Shown: positions 9,908 through 20,033, counted from the first letter of the stretch. The stretch is 64,000 nt of DNA from Candidatus Daviesbacteria bacterium (GCA_028687915.1 JAQTZF010000001.1:290634-354633); one strand, 5' to 3'. Numbers and translations: made by a program. Notes: generated by a model not told the origin, from the sequence alone.

Positions 9908-11239
9908 ATGCAAAAAACATTTGGACAAACAAATAGCCCTCAAGATGATGGCTCTAATAGAGATTTAAATAAATTTGAAACAGAGCTCGCAAAACGCGAA
10001 GGTATTTTAGAAGAGCGGGAGCGGGTATTAGCAGAAAAGCTAAAAACTGTTGATGAAAAACTAGAAACTTTAGAAAAAACACGCAAAGACCTAATTTCAA
10101 AAATTGAAAAATCTTCCGGCATGTCAGAAAGTGAAGCTCAAAAAGTTTTACTGGAAAATGTTGAAAAAGATTTGGCTTCAGAAATCTCTAAAAAAGTTAA
10201 AGAAGCTGAAGAAGAAATTAAACTTCAAGCTGATGAAAAATCAAAAGAAATATTAGCAGAAGCAATGCTTTCCGGAGCAACAAATTATGTTTCAGAATTT
10301 ACAACTTCACAAGTAAATTTACCTGATGATGAGATGAAGGGAAGGATTATTGGAAAAGAAGGAAGAAATGTTCGAACTTTTGAGCAAGTAACCGGAGTTG
10401 ATGTAATAATGGATGATACTCCTGGAATGTTAATTGTTTCTTCGTTTGACCCTGTTAGACGTGAGATTGCCAAGGTCTCTTTGGAAAGACTGATTAAGGA
10501 TGGAAGGATTCAACCACAAAGAATTGAAGAAATCGTTGCAGAAACTAAAGCAGATATTGAAAAATTAATGTTTCAGGCTGGAGAACAATTAGCTCATGAA
10601 GTTGGTGTTTATAATTTACCAAGAGAACTTGTGGAATATTTAGGTAGGTTTAAATACAGATATTCTTATGGACAAAATATGTTACAACACACCCTGGAAG
10701 AAACCAGAATAGGTATTGCTTTAGCTAAAGAATTGGGAGCAAATGCAAATGTAGTTAGACTAGGATGTTTGCTTCATGATATCGGAAAAGTTGTATCTGA
10801 AGATGAAGGTACTCATGTAGAAAAAGGTGTACAGCTTGCTAAAAAGTTTGGTATGGCACCTGAAGTTGTAGCTTGTATCGCCCAACATCATGAAGACGAG
10901 CCTTTTTCATCCACAGAATCAATTGTTTGTTATATTGCTGATGCTATCTCTGGTGCCAGACCAGGAGCAAGGCGTGAAGACGTAGAAGGTTATATAAATC
11001 GAATTTCAGATATAGAAAAGATAGCTATGTCTTATGAAGGTGTAGAAAAAGCTTTTGCTGTATCTGCAGGTCGTGAGGTTAGAATAATTGTTTATCCAGA
11101 AAAGATTTCTGATGAGACCTTGCCAAAATTAACTCATGATATTGCAACACAAATTGCTAAAGAGGTTATGGTGCCTGGGCAGGTAAAGGTTACTGCAATT
11201 AGAGAAGTTAGAGCTGTTGATTATTCTATTTCTTCTTAA
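9908..11239 (+). CDS. rny: ribonuclease Y
   Basis: Coiled coil, KH domain MKGRIIGKEGRN, RYSYGQN, HD motif LLHDIGK, ADAISGARPGARR. Confidence 0.95.
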   Translation: MQKTFGQTNSPQDDGSNRDLNKFETELAKREGILEERERVLAEKLKTVDEKLETLEKTRKDLISKIEKSSGMSESEAQKVLLENVEKDLASEISKKVKEAEEEIKLQADEKSKEILAEAMLSGATNYVSEFTTSQVNLPDDEMKGRIIGKEGRNVRTFEQVTGVDVIMDDTPGMLIVSSFDPVRREIAKVSLERLIKDGRIQPQRIEEIVAETKADIEKLMFQAGEQLAHEVGVYNLPRELVEYLGRFKYRYSYGQNMLQHTLEETRIGIALAKELGANANVVRLGCLLHDIGKVVSEDEGTHVEKGVQLAKKFGMAPEVVACIAQHHEDEPFSSTESIVCYIADAISGARPGARREDVEGYINRISDIEKIAMSYEGVEKAFAVSAGREVRIIVYPEKISDETLPKLTHDIATQIAKEVMVPGQVKVTAIREVRAVDYSISS

Positions 11240-12611
11240 AAATAAGCAAAGTTTTTATTCTTTCAAGTTGCCAAGTTGGAGATTGTTCTAAGTTCATAAT
11301 TCTTTCCTGTAACTCCTCATTTTCTAGGGGGTAACTTGTAAGGGAGGTATCAATTACTATATAGTTTGCGTCTATTACTTCTGGGTACATATAAATATAC
11401 CGTCTGTTGCTTAGATGAGGAACAATCGATGAGCCTGCTGATACTATAGCGTTTGGAGGAATTGTATCCAGAGACTTATTGAGATAATCATAGCTTTTTA
11501 TATTAGCAAAGTCACTTTGAAAAACTGACCAAATTATGTTTCGAGGATTTAATCCTCCAAATAAAAGTGATACTAAGAGTAGAATAATTATTGGCTTGTG
11601 AGGAATTTTAAAATTAGTAAGTGCAAAAGCTGCGCTAATTACTAAAAATGGCAGTAAGTTTGCATTATGATGAAAATCCATAGTCCACATTTGGGAGTAA
11701 CTTGATGAGAATCTTAAAAATAAATATGGGAATACACCTAACCAAAAAAGAGGGGACAATAAAGGAAGCAGGGCAAAGGGCAAATTTAAATTAATAAAGG
11801 TGGCTATCTTCACAGGAGCATTAAAAATTTGATCTATAAATATAAAAGGTCTAGTAAATAATAAAATTAATAACGTCATAGGATCATTGAGCGGTAAAAC
11901 AGATGATGAAAGATAGGTATCTGCGCCTCCTGGCCATAGTAATGCCATTAATCTAAACTTAATAAGGTAAAAGCTTATTGCAGCAAAGGTAAGAGTTTGA
12001 AGACCTAATTTCTTTTGGTCTTTTATTAGTTGATACAGACCTAATCCAGCAATAAAAAGAGGTAGATCCTCTTTAAATAATAAGCTAAAAATAAGGGTTA
12101 ACCAATATAACTTCCACTTTTTGAAATACCAAAAATATAATATCAGAGAGAGGGGTAAAACAGAGATTGTTGCTAAATGAAAATCAAAATTTATAGCAGC
12201 TGTAATTCCTTTTGAAGTTATATAACTGAGGATTAAAAGAAAACTAAGTAAGATATTCTTAGTTTTATCAAGGCAAATTAAATATAAAGGTATTGCGCTC
12301 AGGCTTACAAAAATAGCCTGAGTTATAAGTAAGGTTTCAGGTACAGGAAAGAGTTTTACTAAGGGTGAAAGGATGATAAGTACAGGACCAAAGTGATCAG
12401 CTAATAAAACCATATGCTTTAGGGAGCTATAAAGAGAGAGGTCTTGACTGTAGAGATATATCATCTGGGAATAAATACCAAGATCAAAAGCATTTGTATT
12501 AAAGGTTAGGTGATGATATAGGGAGATAAGCGAGAAAATTAAAGCAAAACATATAAAGACTAAGATGGGAATAAGGTAAGTATTTTGGGTTAGTTTTTTG
12601 TAAAAAGTCAT
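11226..12611 (-). CDS. DUF2079-like multi-pass membrane protein
   Basis: FDLGIYSQ, DHFGP, FDFH, KED motifs and many TM helices. Confidence 0.75.
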   Translation of the reverse strand: MTFYKKLTQNTYLIPILVFICFALIFSLISLYHHLTFNTNAFDLGIYSQMIYLYSQDLSLYSSLKHMVLLADHFGPVLIILSPLVKLFPVPETLLITQAIFVSLSAIPLYLICLDKTKNILLSFLLILSYITSKGITAAINFDFHLATISVLPLSLILYFWYFKKWKLYWLTLIFSLLFKEDLPLFIAGLGLYQLIKDQKKLGLQTLTFAAISFYLIKFRLMALLWPGGADTYLSSSVLPLNDPMTLLILLFTRPFIFIDQIFNAPVKIATFINLNLPFALLPLLSPLFWLGVFPYLFLRFSSSYSQMWTMDFHHNANLLPFLVISAAFALTNFKIPHKPIIILLLVSLLFGGLNPRNIIWSVFQSDFANIKSYDYLNKSLDTIPPNAIVSAGSSIVPHLSNRRYIYMYPEVIDANYIVIDTSLTSYPLENEELQERIMNLEQSPTWQLERIKTLLIFKKK

Positions 12612-12706
12612 GTTTAAGTAGAAATATAATATTAATAATTACATCAACCAGGAGATCTTTACAAGAATAACCTTTTAAAGTAAACTAAAGCCAACAAAAG
12701 GAATTT

Positions 12707-12979
12707 ATGACAAAGAACGAACTAATTGAAAAAGTTGCTAAAAAATCACATTTAACCAAAAGGGCTGCTGCTGATGCAGTTAATTCTACCTTTGATTTAA
12801 TTAAGGATTCATTAGTTAGAGGAGAAAAAGTTATTATAACAGGCTTTGGAACCTTCTTAATTAGATCCAGAGCAGCCAGGCGTGGTAGAAATCCTCAAAC
12901 AGGGGGAGTTATTCAAATTCCACAAAAGAAAACTCCAGGTTTTACTGCTGGTAAAACAATCAAAAGATTAATTAAGTAG
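12707..12979 (+). CDS. hup: HU DNA-binding protein
   Basis: MTKNELIEKVA, GFGTF, RRGRNPQTG. Confidence 0.95.
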   Translation: MTKNELIEKVAKKSHLTKRAAADAVNSTFDLIKDSLVRGEKVIITGFGTFLIRSRAARRGRNPQTGGVIQIPQKKTPGFTAGKTIKRLIK

Positions 12980-12991
12980 CTTATTTGAAGG

Positions 12992-13633
12992 ATGGTATCT
13001 ATTAATACTGACTCAGGGGGCATGGTTACCACAGAAAATTTACCTCCATTTAATATCTATGGCTATTTGGTTTTATTAGTTGTGTTAGTTGTAATTTCTA
13101 TACCTCTTTTTTTATACCAACACAAAGATTATGGTTCCTTCTTTGGATTACTGGGATTAAATCATACTTTTACAATGCCTATACATGAGGGTGGTCACGC
13201 TTTATTGTATGGTTTATTGTACTTACCATTTCTAAATAAGGATTCAATGCCTTTCTTGGTCACTTCAGCAGGTTCAATTATTCAAATTGCTTTTCCTTTA
13301 TTAATTTTTATTTATAAGTTTTGGAAAAAAGAGTATATAGTAAGTTTTATTAGTTTTTGGTGGTTTGGACTTAATATTGTTGATACGAGTATATATATTG
13401 ATCAAGCATTAAATACCACTGGATCTTTTATTACTCCATTTGGTCCGGTAGAAAATCCTGAAGATACGGATTTTTCTTTTTTGTTTAGAACCATTGGAAT
13501 ACTTAATTACCATCATCAGATTGCTTCTGTAACTTATTGGATAGGTATAGTGATGATGTTTTTTGCTTTTGTTTTTTTGGGGCGCTATCTTTATCAAAGA
13601 TTAACCTTTAGAGGTATACTTACTGATAAATAA
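12992..13633 (+). CDS. membrane protein with HExxH motif (M50B-like metallopeptidase)
   Basis: IHEGGH in a hydrophobic context, AGS motif, several TM segments. Confidence 0.6.
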   Translation: MVSINTDSGGMVTTENLPPFNIYGYLVLLVVLVVISIPLFLYQHKDYGSFFGLLGLNHTFTMPIHEGGHALLYGLLYLPFLNKDSMPFLVTSAGSIIQIAFPLLIFIYKFWKKEYIVSFISFWWFGLNIVDTSIYIDQALNTTGSFITPFGPVENPEDTDFSFLFRTIGILNYHHQIASVTYWIGIVMMFFAFVFLGRYLYQRLTFRGILTDK

Positions 13634-13653
13634 TTATCATTATATAAGCTAAT

Positions 13654-13694
13654 TTGACTTTTAATTTTCTTTGTAATACTATGTATCCATACAT
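13654..13694 (+). promoter_or_regulatory. promoter with overlapping palindromic operator for the TrpR-like gene
   Basis: TTGACT 13654-13659, 17-bp spacer, TACTAT 13677-13682, then dyad ATGTAT-CC-ATACAT 13681-13694 running into the ATG at 13693. Confidence 0.7.
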
Positions 13695-13986
13695 GAGTAA
13701 ACCACTAGAAGTTAAAGATATAAGTATTCCTGATCATATTTTAAGACAGTTACTTACCCCCTCTGAGATGAGAATGTTAAAAAACCGCTGGCGGATTGTT
13801 AATCAGCTAGAGGAAGGTTTATCAATTAGAAAAATAGCAGAAGATGTTAAAGTGGGATCAGATACAGTAGTTAGAGTTTCTAAGATGATGAATTCTGGTG
13901 AATTACAAAAAGTTTTAGACAAAGAAAAAAGAGGACTTAAAAAAATTAAAACCTCTACCCCCTGGATCTTTGGTAAAACAGAATAA
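13693..13986 (+). CDS. TrpR/YerC-like HTH transcriptional regulator
   Basis: LLTPSEMRMLKNRWRI...GLSIRKIAEDVKVGSDTVVRVS matches the TrpR/YerC pattern LLT..E...L..R...S.R.I......T..RV. Confidence 0.85.
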   Translation: MSKPLEVKDISIPDHILRQLLTPSEMRMLKNRWRIVNQLEEGLSIRKIAEDVKVGSDTVVRVSKMMNSGELQKVLDKEKRGLKKIKTSTPWIFGKTE

Positions 13987-14691
13987 TTAATTAATAGTTT
14001 GTTTCAGTTTTTCCCATTGAGATAAGCGAATTTTAAGTTCTGGATTATTATCAATTATTTCTTTAGCCTGATACAGGTATTGTCTGCTTTTTTCAGGGTC
14101 ATCATCTTTTAAAATATCAGCAAGCCTCATATAAGCCCCAGAAACCCATGCATCCTGATTATATTTGGAAATATCAGGTTCTTTTTCTAAATTTGATAAT
14201 GCTTCTAAAACTCGATTCAAAGCTTGTTTATCACCAGTTTTATATTCAGATGTAGCTAGATGTACTTTCATGTCATTTATAACAGACATTCTGTTGTGCG
14301 TTTGAGGAGGGTTATTCAACATATTATCTATTGCTTCTTGATAAAGTGATACTGCTTCAGAAAAGTTGCCTAATTCATCCTTAATTTTGGCTAATTCAAA
14401 TAAAGGAAGAGCTAGAGCTTCTTTATTATTACTGGCTTTAGCAATATTTACTCCTGCTGATGCTGCACTTTCTGCAAGTAGTAAGAAATTATGATCACTG
14501 GTTTGCCTATAAAGAAGTTTAAAAACAATTGCGCGTGAAGCTTCTGTTTCAGCTATCCCTAATGGATCATTTTCTTGTTGAAAAGTAATTAATGCTTGGT
14601 CTGTAAATTCTAGCGATTTAAGGTAATCTTGTTCGATTTCGCGGGCTTCATTTGCTTTTCCAAGTAGTTGTCTTGCTTTGGAATCCATCAT
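13987..14691 (-). CDS. TPR-like helical repeat protein
   Basis: Repeated A/L-rich helical pattern, e.g. LFELAKIKDELGNFSEAVSLYQEAI; start likely 14691 or 14688. Confidence 0.65.
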   Translation of the reverse strand: MMDSKARQLLGKANEAREIEQDYLKSLEFTDQALITFQQENDPLGIAETEASRAIVFKLLYRQTSDHNFLLLAESAASAGVNIAKASNNKEALALPLFELAKIKDELGNFSEAVSLYQEAIDNMLNNPPQTHNRMSVINDMKVHLATSEYKTGDKQALNRVLEALSNLEKEPDISKYNQDAWVSGAYMRLADILKDDDPEKSRQYLYQAKEIIDNNPELKIRLSQWEKLKQTIN

Positions 14692-14735
14692 GTATATTAT
14701 AGCAAAGGAAGGCAACTTACGCATATAATACCTCT

Positions 14736-15704
14736 ATGAAAAAAGTATTAGTAATTTTGGGACCAACTTCGACTGGTAAAACAGACTTAGGCTTACATTT
14801 AGCCAAAAAATATAATGGTGAATTAGTGGCTTGTGATTCAAGACAAGTTTATAAAGGTTTGGATATTGGAACAGGAAAGATGCCAGGAAAAGATTTAAGA
14901 TTTAAGAAATATGATTTAAGGTGGGAAATAGATGGTATCAATATTTGGATGTATGATGTGGCAGATCCAAAACAACAATATACAGTTAAGGATTATGTGA
15001 CACAGGCAGAAAAGATAATTGAAGATATCATTAGTAGAAAGAAATTACCTATTATAGTAGGAGGTACAGGATTATATTTAAAAGCTCTATTAGAAGGCTT
15101 ACCAAACCTGGTTATTCAAATTGATGAGAAATTAAGGGGGGATCTAGAAAAACTATCTAAAGAAAAATTACAAGAAAAACTTCAATCACTATCCCCTATT
15201 AGTTGGGAAAATTTAAATGAATCTGATAGGCAAAATCCACGTCGTTTACTCCGCTCTATTGAGCTTATTACTATGAATCCATACATCAAAACAACTCAAA
15301 ATCTAGTAAATAAAAATGAAAAATATGACACATTAAAAATTGGACTTACTGCTCCGCGGGAAGTTTTACAGAAAAGAATTTTTGACCGTCTTTTGTCTAG
15401 ATTTAATAGTGGCTTAGTGGAAGAGGTAACGACTTTACATAATAATGGTTTAAATTTTGAACGAATGAAACAATTGGGTTTAGAGTATGGTGCTATGGTA
15501 GATTTTCTGCAAGGAAATGTAAGTAAAGAAGAAATAATTATAAAACTCACGAATGTGAATTATCAGTATGCTAAAAGACAAATGACGTGGTTTAAGAAAC
15601 AAAAAGATATTTTATGGGTAAATATAGATGAACCAACTTGTTTGCAACAAGTAGAAAGTCAGGTTCAAAAATGGTATTATTTAAAGCATGACAAAGCGGA
15701 TTGA
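14736..15704 (+). CDS. miaA: tRNA dimethylallyltransferase
   Basis: GPTSTGKT, DSRQVYKGLDIGTGK, VGGTGLY, YAKRQMTWF. Confidence 0.97.
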   Translation: MKKVLVILGPTSTGKTDLGLHLAKKYNGELVACDSRQVYKGLDIGTGKMPGKDLRFKKYDLRWEIDGINIWMYDVADPKQQYTVKDYVTQAEKIIEDIISRKKLPIIVGGTGLYLKALLEGLPNLVIQIDEKLRGDLEKLSKEKLQEKLQSLSPISWENLNESDRQNPRRLLRSIELITMNPYIKTTQNLVNKNEKYDTLKIGLTAPREVLQKRIFDRLLSRFNSGLVEEVTTLHNNGLNFERMKQLGLEYGAMVDFLQGNVSKEEIIIKLTNVNYQYAKRQMTWFKKQKDILWVNIDEPTCLQQVESQVQKWYYLKHDKAD

Positions 15705-16656
15705 TATATCCTATCGAACTGTTCTTTTTATAACTGCGTTTTTAATTCTTTTGTGGATTGTTTTTAAGATTATAGACATAATTTTGCTCTTTTTTGTGGC
15801 ATTTATTTTTATGTCAGCCTTATCCCCAACAGTTGATCAGCTGACCAAGTTTAAAGTTCCTCGAGTTGTAGCAGTATTATTGGTATTTCTATTAGCCATA
15901 GCCAGCGTAGTTGCTTTATTTACTATTGGCTTAACACCGCTAATAACACAGACTAGTAGTTTAACGCAAAAATTAGTTGACATAACTAACACATTATTAA
16001 ACACACATATTATTGATGAAGCTGTTATTAAAGAGCAACTTTCTAGTGCTTCCGGCCAGTTGGTAAATGTCACAGTAGATATTTTTAAAAACTTTATTGC
16101 TTTGGTAAGTACTATGGTAATAACCGTTTACATGATGTTGGATAGAAGGAAAATTGAGGATTATGGCACATCATTTTTTGGAACAAGACAGGAACGGGCT
16201 CAGGTATTGCTTCGCAGAATTGAAGATAAATTAGGAGCATGGTTAAGGGGACAAATTATTTTATCTTTTGTTATTGGAATTTGTGTTTATATTGGATTAA
16301 CAATTTTTGGAATTGAGTTTGCTTTGCCTCTGGCAATTATTGCAGGGCTACTGGAAGTGGTTCCTGTTCTTGGCCCCATTATTTCTGCTATTCCAGCGGT
16401 TTTAATTGCTTTAACCGTCTCCCCTATTTTTGCGCTACTCATTGCAGGATTTTATTTAGCTGTGCAGCAATTAGAGGGTCATCTTATAGTTCCTCAGGTA
16501 ATGAAAAGAGCAGTAGGTCTTAATCCGTTATTAGTTATTTTAGCAGTTTCAATTGGTAGCAGGTTACTTGGAATTGGAGGAGCACTGTTAGCAGTTCCAA
16601 TTGCTGTTGTTATTCAGCTGGTTATTCAAGAAGGATTAAAGATTCAAGAAGGCTAA
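15688..16656 (+). CDS. AI-2E family transporter
   Basis: WLRGQ, VPVLGP, QQLEGHLIVPQVM, GALLAVP. Confidence 0.9.
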   Translation: MTKRIDISYRTVLFITAFLILLWIVFKIIDIILLFFVAFIFMSALSPTVDQLTKFKVPRVVAVLLVFLLAIASVVALFTIGLTPLITQTSSLTQKLVDITNTLLNTHIIDEAVIKEQLSSASGQLVNVTVDIFKNFIALVSTMVITVYMMLDRRKIEDYGTSFFGTRQERAQVLLRRIEDKLGAWLRGQIILSFVIGICVYIGLTIFGIEFALPLAIIAGLLEVVPVLGPIISAIPAVLIALTVSPIFALLIAGFYLAVQQLEGHLIVPQVMKRAVGLNPLLVILAVSIGSRLLGIGGALLAVPIAVVIQLVIQEGLKIQEG

Positions 16657-16695
16657 TTTTTTTGATTTGAGCTCTTGATTGCAGTATAATTCACA

Positions 16696-16987
16696 TGCCT
16701 AGGAAATTGGATGATAGTCGCCATAGGCGACAGGAAAGTCCAGACAGCATAGAGCAGGGTGGTCGGTGTAAGCCGACACGGGTAACCGCTAGTTAGAGCA
16801 ACAGTGACGAACCGAGGTCAAGCTCGGGTGAAACGGGCAATCCTCCTCGCTGCAATCCTAGAAATGACTGAGCTGCTCGCTTAAGAGTCTAAATCAGGAG
16901 CGTTAGATAGATTTCATCAGCTATTTTTAAATCTTTCAGGTTGAGGTTGAAGTAGCTACAGAATCTGGCTTATAGGTTTCCTAGGCA
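16696..16987 (+). ncRNA. rnpB: RNase P RNA (compact)
   Basis: GGAAAGTCCAG ... ACAGAATCTGGCTTA P4 pairing, P1 TGCCTAGGAAA/TTTCCTAGGCA, GTGAAACGGGCAATCC; TATAAT just upstream. Confidence 0.92.
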
Positions 16988-16988
16988 A

Positions 16989-17048
16989 AATCTGGCTTTA
17001 GATCCGCTTGCGGATCGCAAGGACGAAGTCCTTATTGTTTCCTAGGCA
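16989..17048 (+). repeat. interrupted duplicate of the rnpB 3' end
   Basis: AATCTGGCTT and GTTTCCTAGGCA recur downstream, separated by hairpins GATCCGC-TT-GCGGATC and AAGGAC-GAA-GTCCTT. Confidence 0.75.
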
Positions 17049-17107
17049 CAAAAAAATATTTTCCTCTTTCACTTTATTGTTTAATGTTTATATAATAAGA
17101 TTTATAT

Positions 17108-17533
17108 ATGGAAGAGAAAGCGATTGAGACATTAGATAATTTAAAGGCAACATTCGCACCAGTTAAAAATACATACCAGGTTCATAAAAGTTCTCTCTCC
17201 TCTTTAGATAAATTTGCCATATTCATTACTAAAATTGTCGGAACAATGTGGTTTGTTTTGGCGTGTTGCGTGTTAGTTGTTATTCCACTAATAGTTGGCT
17301 CAACCTTACCAATCGTGCAATATATTTCTTCAGGAATTTTACAATTAATTTTATTGCCACTTATTATGGTTGGGCAAAATTTACAGGGTAGATATACAGA
17401 AATACGGGCTCAGCATGATTTTGATACCAATGTAAAAGCTGAAAAAGAAATTGAAACAATAATCCTTCACTTAGAAAAACAGGATAAAGTGATGATGGAA
17501 ATCCTCAAGAGGATCGAAAAGTTGGAAAAATAG
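17108..17533 (+). CDS. DUF1003-like membrane protein
   Basis: DKFAIFITKIVGTMWF, LQLILLPLIMVGQN, AQHDFDTNVKAE. Confidence 0.8.
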   Translation: MEEKAIETLDNLKATFAPVKNTYQVHKSSLSSLDKFAIFITKIVGTMWFVLACCVLVVIPLIVGSTLPIVQYISSGILQLILLPLIMVGQNLQGRYTEIRAQHDFDTNVKAEKEIETIILHLEKQDKVMMEILKRIEKLEK

Positions 17534-17541
17534 CTATTAAG

Positions 17542-18888
17542 ATGGGAAATATTGCTCAAGTTTTTGAAGAGAAATCCCTGGTTGTAGTCTTTGCTTATGT
17601 TGCAGCAGGACTAGGGCACCTTCGAATTACCGATGCTCTTCTTAACGGATTACCAGATGAGGTAGATCCATTACTTTTTGCTCCAGAAGATGCACTTACT
17701 ACATTTTTCCACAGGTTAACTTCTGTTAATCCTCTTGCTAAAAATATATTTGAATGGTCACAAAATGGTAACCCGGAAGAAATTTATACGAGATTTTTTC
17801 GTTGGCTTTTAAGGTCTAACACGGACAAGCTATATAATGAGTTATCTTTGGTTTATGCTCAAAGGACCAGTTTACCGAAAACTGTTTTAATAGTTTCTAC
17901 TCATTTTGGCATGGCTTTGCAGTTTGTAGCCATTAAGAAAAAGTTTGAACAAGAGAAGCATGTTAAATTAATTATTGTGATGCAGGTTACAGATGATTCC
18001 CCTCAAAATCTTTGGTATGTACCTGGTATTGATATGACTTTTGTCCCAAGTGAAAAAACAAAGAAAGCTTTATTGGATTATGGAAGAAAGAATAAATTAC
18101 CAGAAGTACCTATGGAGGTTTTTCCTTATCCTGTTGATCCTTTAATGGAAAAAAAGTTAACGGAGGAAGAATTTACAGATAGGGTAAAGCAAATGGATCC
18201 TGAGGCAAATGCTTTAATTCATTTGGCAGTGCCTGTTTCTGGTGCTGCAGTAGGGATGACGTTCTTAACACATATGGTAGATGAGTTATATGATAAATCT
18301 AATAGATTTACTTTTCATATTATTTCTAAATCAACTCCATATACTCAAGATTTTTTGAAAGATATGATTAATCGCCCTTTTGTTAAATTTGAAGTATCTT
18401 TTTCTTCAAGAGAGATAATCGATAAGTATGTAAAGCTTTATGAAAATAATGTTATATCTTTGGAAATGACTAAACCATCTGAACAGTCATTTAAATCTTT
18501 ATTTTGTCCAGTTCAAAAAGGTGGAACAATCTTACTTTTCTCTGAACCTGTGGGTAGGCAAGAATTCGATAATTTAGATTTTCTAAGGAGGCACCATTTT
18601 ATTCCTTTAAAAAGTGAAATGGAAAAGTTATGGCAATATGCTGAACAAGGAATGGTAATTGATGGAGCAGGAAAGTGGATTTTGGAAGAAGCAAAACATT
18701 GGAGAGGGTTAATTTTGCCTCAGGGCTCAAAGAAAGCAGCTGCGTTTATTTGGTGGTGTTTACAGCAAGGAATTTTAAAAACCATGATAAAAGAGTATGT
18801 GTGTCCCATAAAAGATCAAGAATTGGGGTCTGATGGTGTGGAAAGGTTCTGGCAAAGAGTTGCAGAGATAGTAGAGGAAAAAGCTTAA
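17542..18888 (+). CDS. hypothetical protein, possibly glycosyltransferase-like fold
   Basis: AGLGHLR, VSTHF, QVTD, TKPSE, PVGRQE loosely resemble GT28/MGDG-synthase-like proteins. Confidence 0.5.
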   Translation: MGNIAQVFEEKSLVVVFAYVAAGLGHLRITDALLNGLPDEVDPLLFAPEDALTTFFHRLTSVNPLAKNIFEWSQNGNPEEIYTRFFRWLLRSNTDKLYNELSLVYAQRTSLPKTVLIVSTHFGMALQFVAIKKKFEQEKHVKLIIVMQVTDDSPQNLWYVPGIDMTFVPSEKTKKALLDYGRKNKLPEVPMEVFPYPVDPLMEKKLTEEEFTDRVKQMDPEANALIHLAVPVSGAAVGMTFLTHMVDELYDKSNRFTFHIISKSTPYTQDFLKDMINRPFVKFEVSFSSREIIDKYVKLYENNVISLEMTKPSEQSFKSLFCPVQKGGTILLFSEPVGRQEFDNLDFLRRHHFIPLKSEMEKLWQYAEQGMVIDGAGKWILEEAKHWRGLILPQGSKKAAAFIWWCLQQGILKTMIKEYVCPIKDQELGSDGVERFWQRVAEIVEEKA

Positions 18889-20033
18889 TCTTGATTAGAA
18901 GGCAGAAAGATACTAACAGTTGTTCCCATATTTTCCAGGCTATTAACCATAATTTTACCGTTGTGAGCATCTATAATAGATTTGCTAATAAAAAGTCCTA
19001 ATCCTAAACCACTTGATAGCTCTGTTAAAGAATTGGTTGCTCCATAAAATTTTTGAAATAAACGGGGAATTACAGTTGCCGGTATCCCTTTTCCTTTATC
19101 AGAAACATGAATAGATATTCCATTAGCTTGTTTTTCTATATCCAAATTTACTTGTCCTCCTGGTTTGCTATACTTTATTCCGTTGGCAACAATATTGGAT
19201 AAGGATTCAATTAACAAATTTTCATCACCTAAAATCATAGGATATGGTTTGGCGAATTTACCTATCAGGAGATTTACTTTCTTTTCTTTAGCATCTGCCA
19301 AAAGCCCATCTACTGTTTGTCTGATAAGATTTTCTAAATCAATAGGCTTAATGTTCAATTTTAGACAACCTTTTTCAACCTTGGAAAGATTAAGTAAATT
19401 TTCAATTAAAAATCCCATTCTATCTGTACCAATAATTGTTCTGTCCAAAAAGCTTTTTTCTTCCTCGTTTAATTTAGGTGCTATTTTTTCTTTAAGAATA
19501 AAAAGATACCCTTTAATAGCAGTAAGGGGTGTACGTAGTTGATGTGCAGCAATTGCAACAAAATTTAGTTTGGATTCTTCCAAAGCCATTCTATCTGTAA
19601 TATCGTTTATAATATAAATATTACCCTGTGAATTTAATAATGGATATTTTTTGACACTAACATCAATCTCTTCCTGATCAATGGTAGTTAGTTTAACTTG
19701 ATAGTTTTGTGCGTCAGCTGTCTCATTCTTAGGCATAATTTGATCAATGGTTTTATTTTGAGTAAGTGTCCAGGATGTTTTTAATATTTCTAATGCTTTT
19801 CTGTTTGTCCACAGAATAAAATCATTTTGATTCGTTATAATGGTTCCTTCTTTTATAACTTCTAAAACTTTTTCTAGAATTTCTTTTTGTTTTTGCAGGT
19901 TTTGTTTATCTGGGTTTATTTCTGCTTTTTCTGTTTTTTTAATAATCTTAGTAAGAAATTGTTTTCCTATAAAACAACCTAATATAAAGAAGACAAGACT
20001 ACTAAAAATTGTAATCACGGGCAGAGATTGCAT
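18885..20033 (-). CDS. PAS-containing sensor histidine kinase
   Basis: N-terminal TM; AHQLRTPLT H-box, NGIKYS, DKGKGI, LFQKFY, GLGLGLFI. Confidence 0.93.
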   Translation of the reverse strand: MQSLPVITIFSSLVFFILGCFIGKQFLTKIIKKTEKAEINPDKQNLQKQKEILEKVLEVIKEGTIITNQNDFILWTNRKALEILKTSWTLTQNKTIDQIMPKNETADAQNYQVKLTTIDQEEIDVSVKKYPLLNSQGNIYIINDITDRMALEESKLNFVAIAAHQLRTPLTAIKGYLFILKEKIAPKLNEEEKSFLDRTIIGTDRMGFLIENLLNLSKVEKGCLKLNIKPIDLENLIRQTVDGLLADAKEKKVNLLIGKFAKPYPMILGDENLLIESLSNIVANGIKYSKPGGQVNLDIEKQANGISIHVSDKGKGIPATVIPRLFQKFYGATNSLTELSSGLGLGLFISKSIIDAHNGKIMVNSLENMGTTVSIFLPSNQD

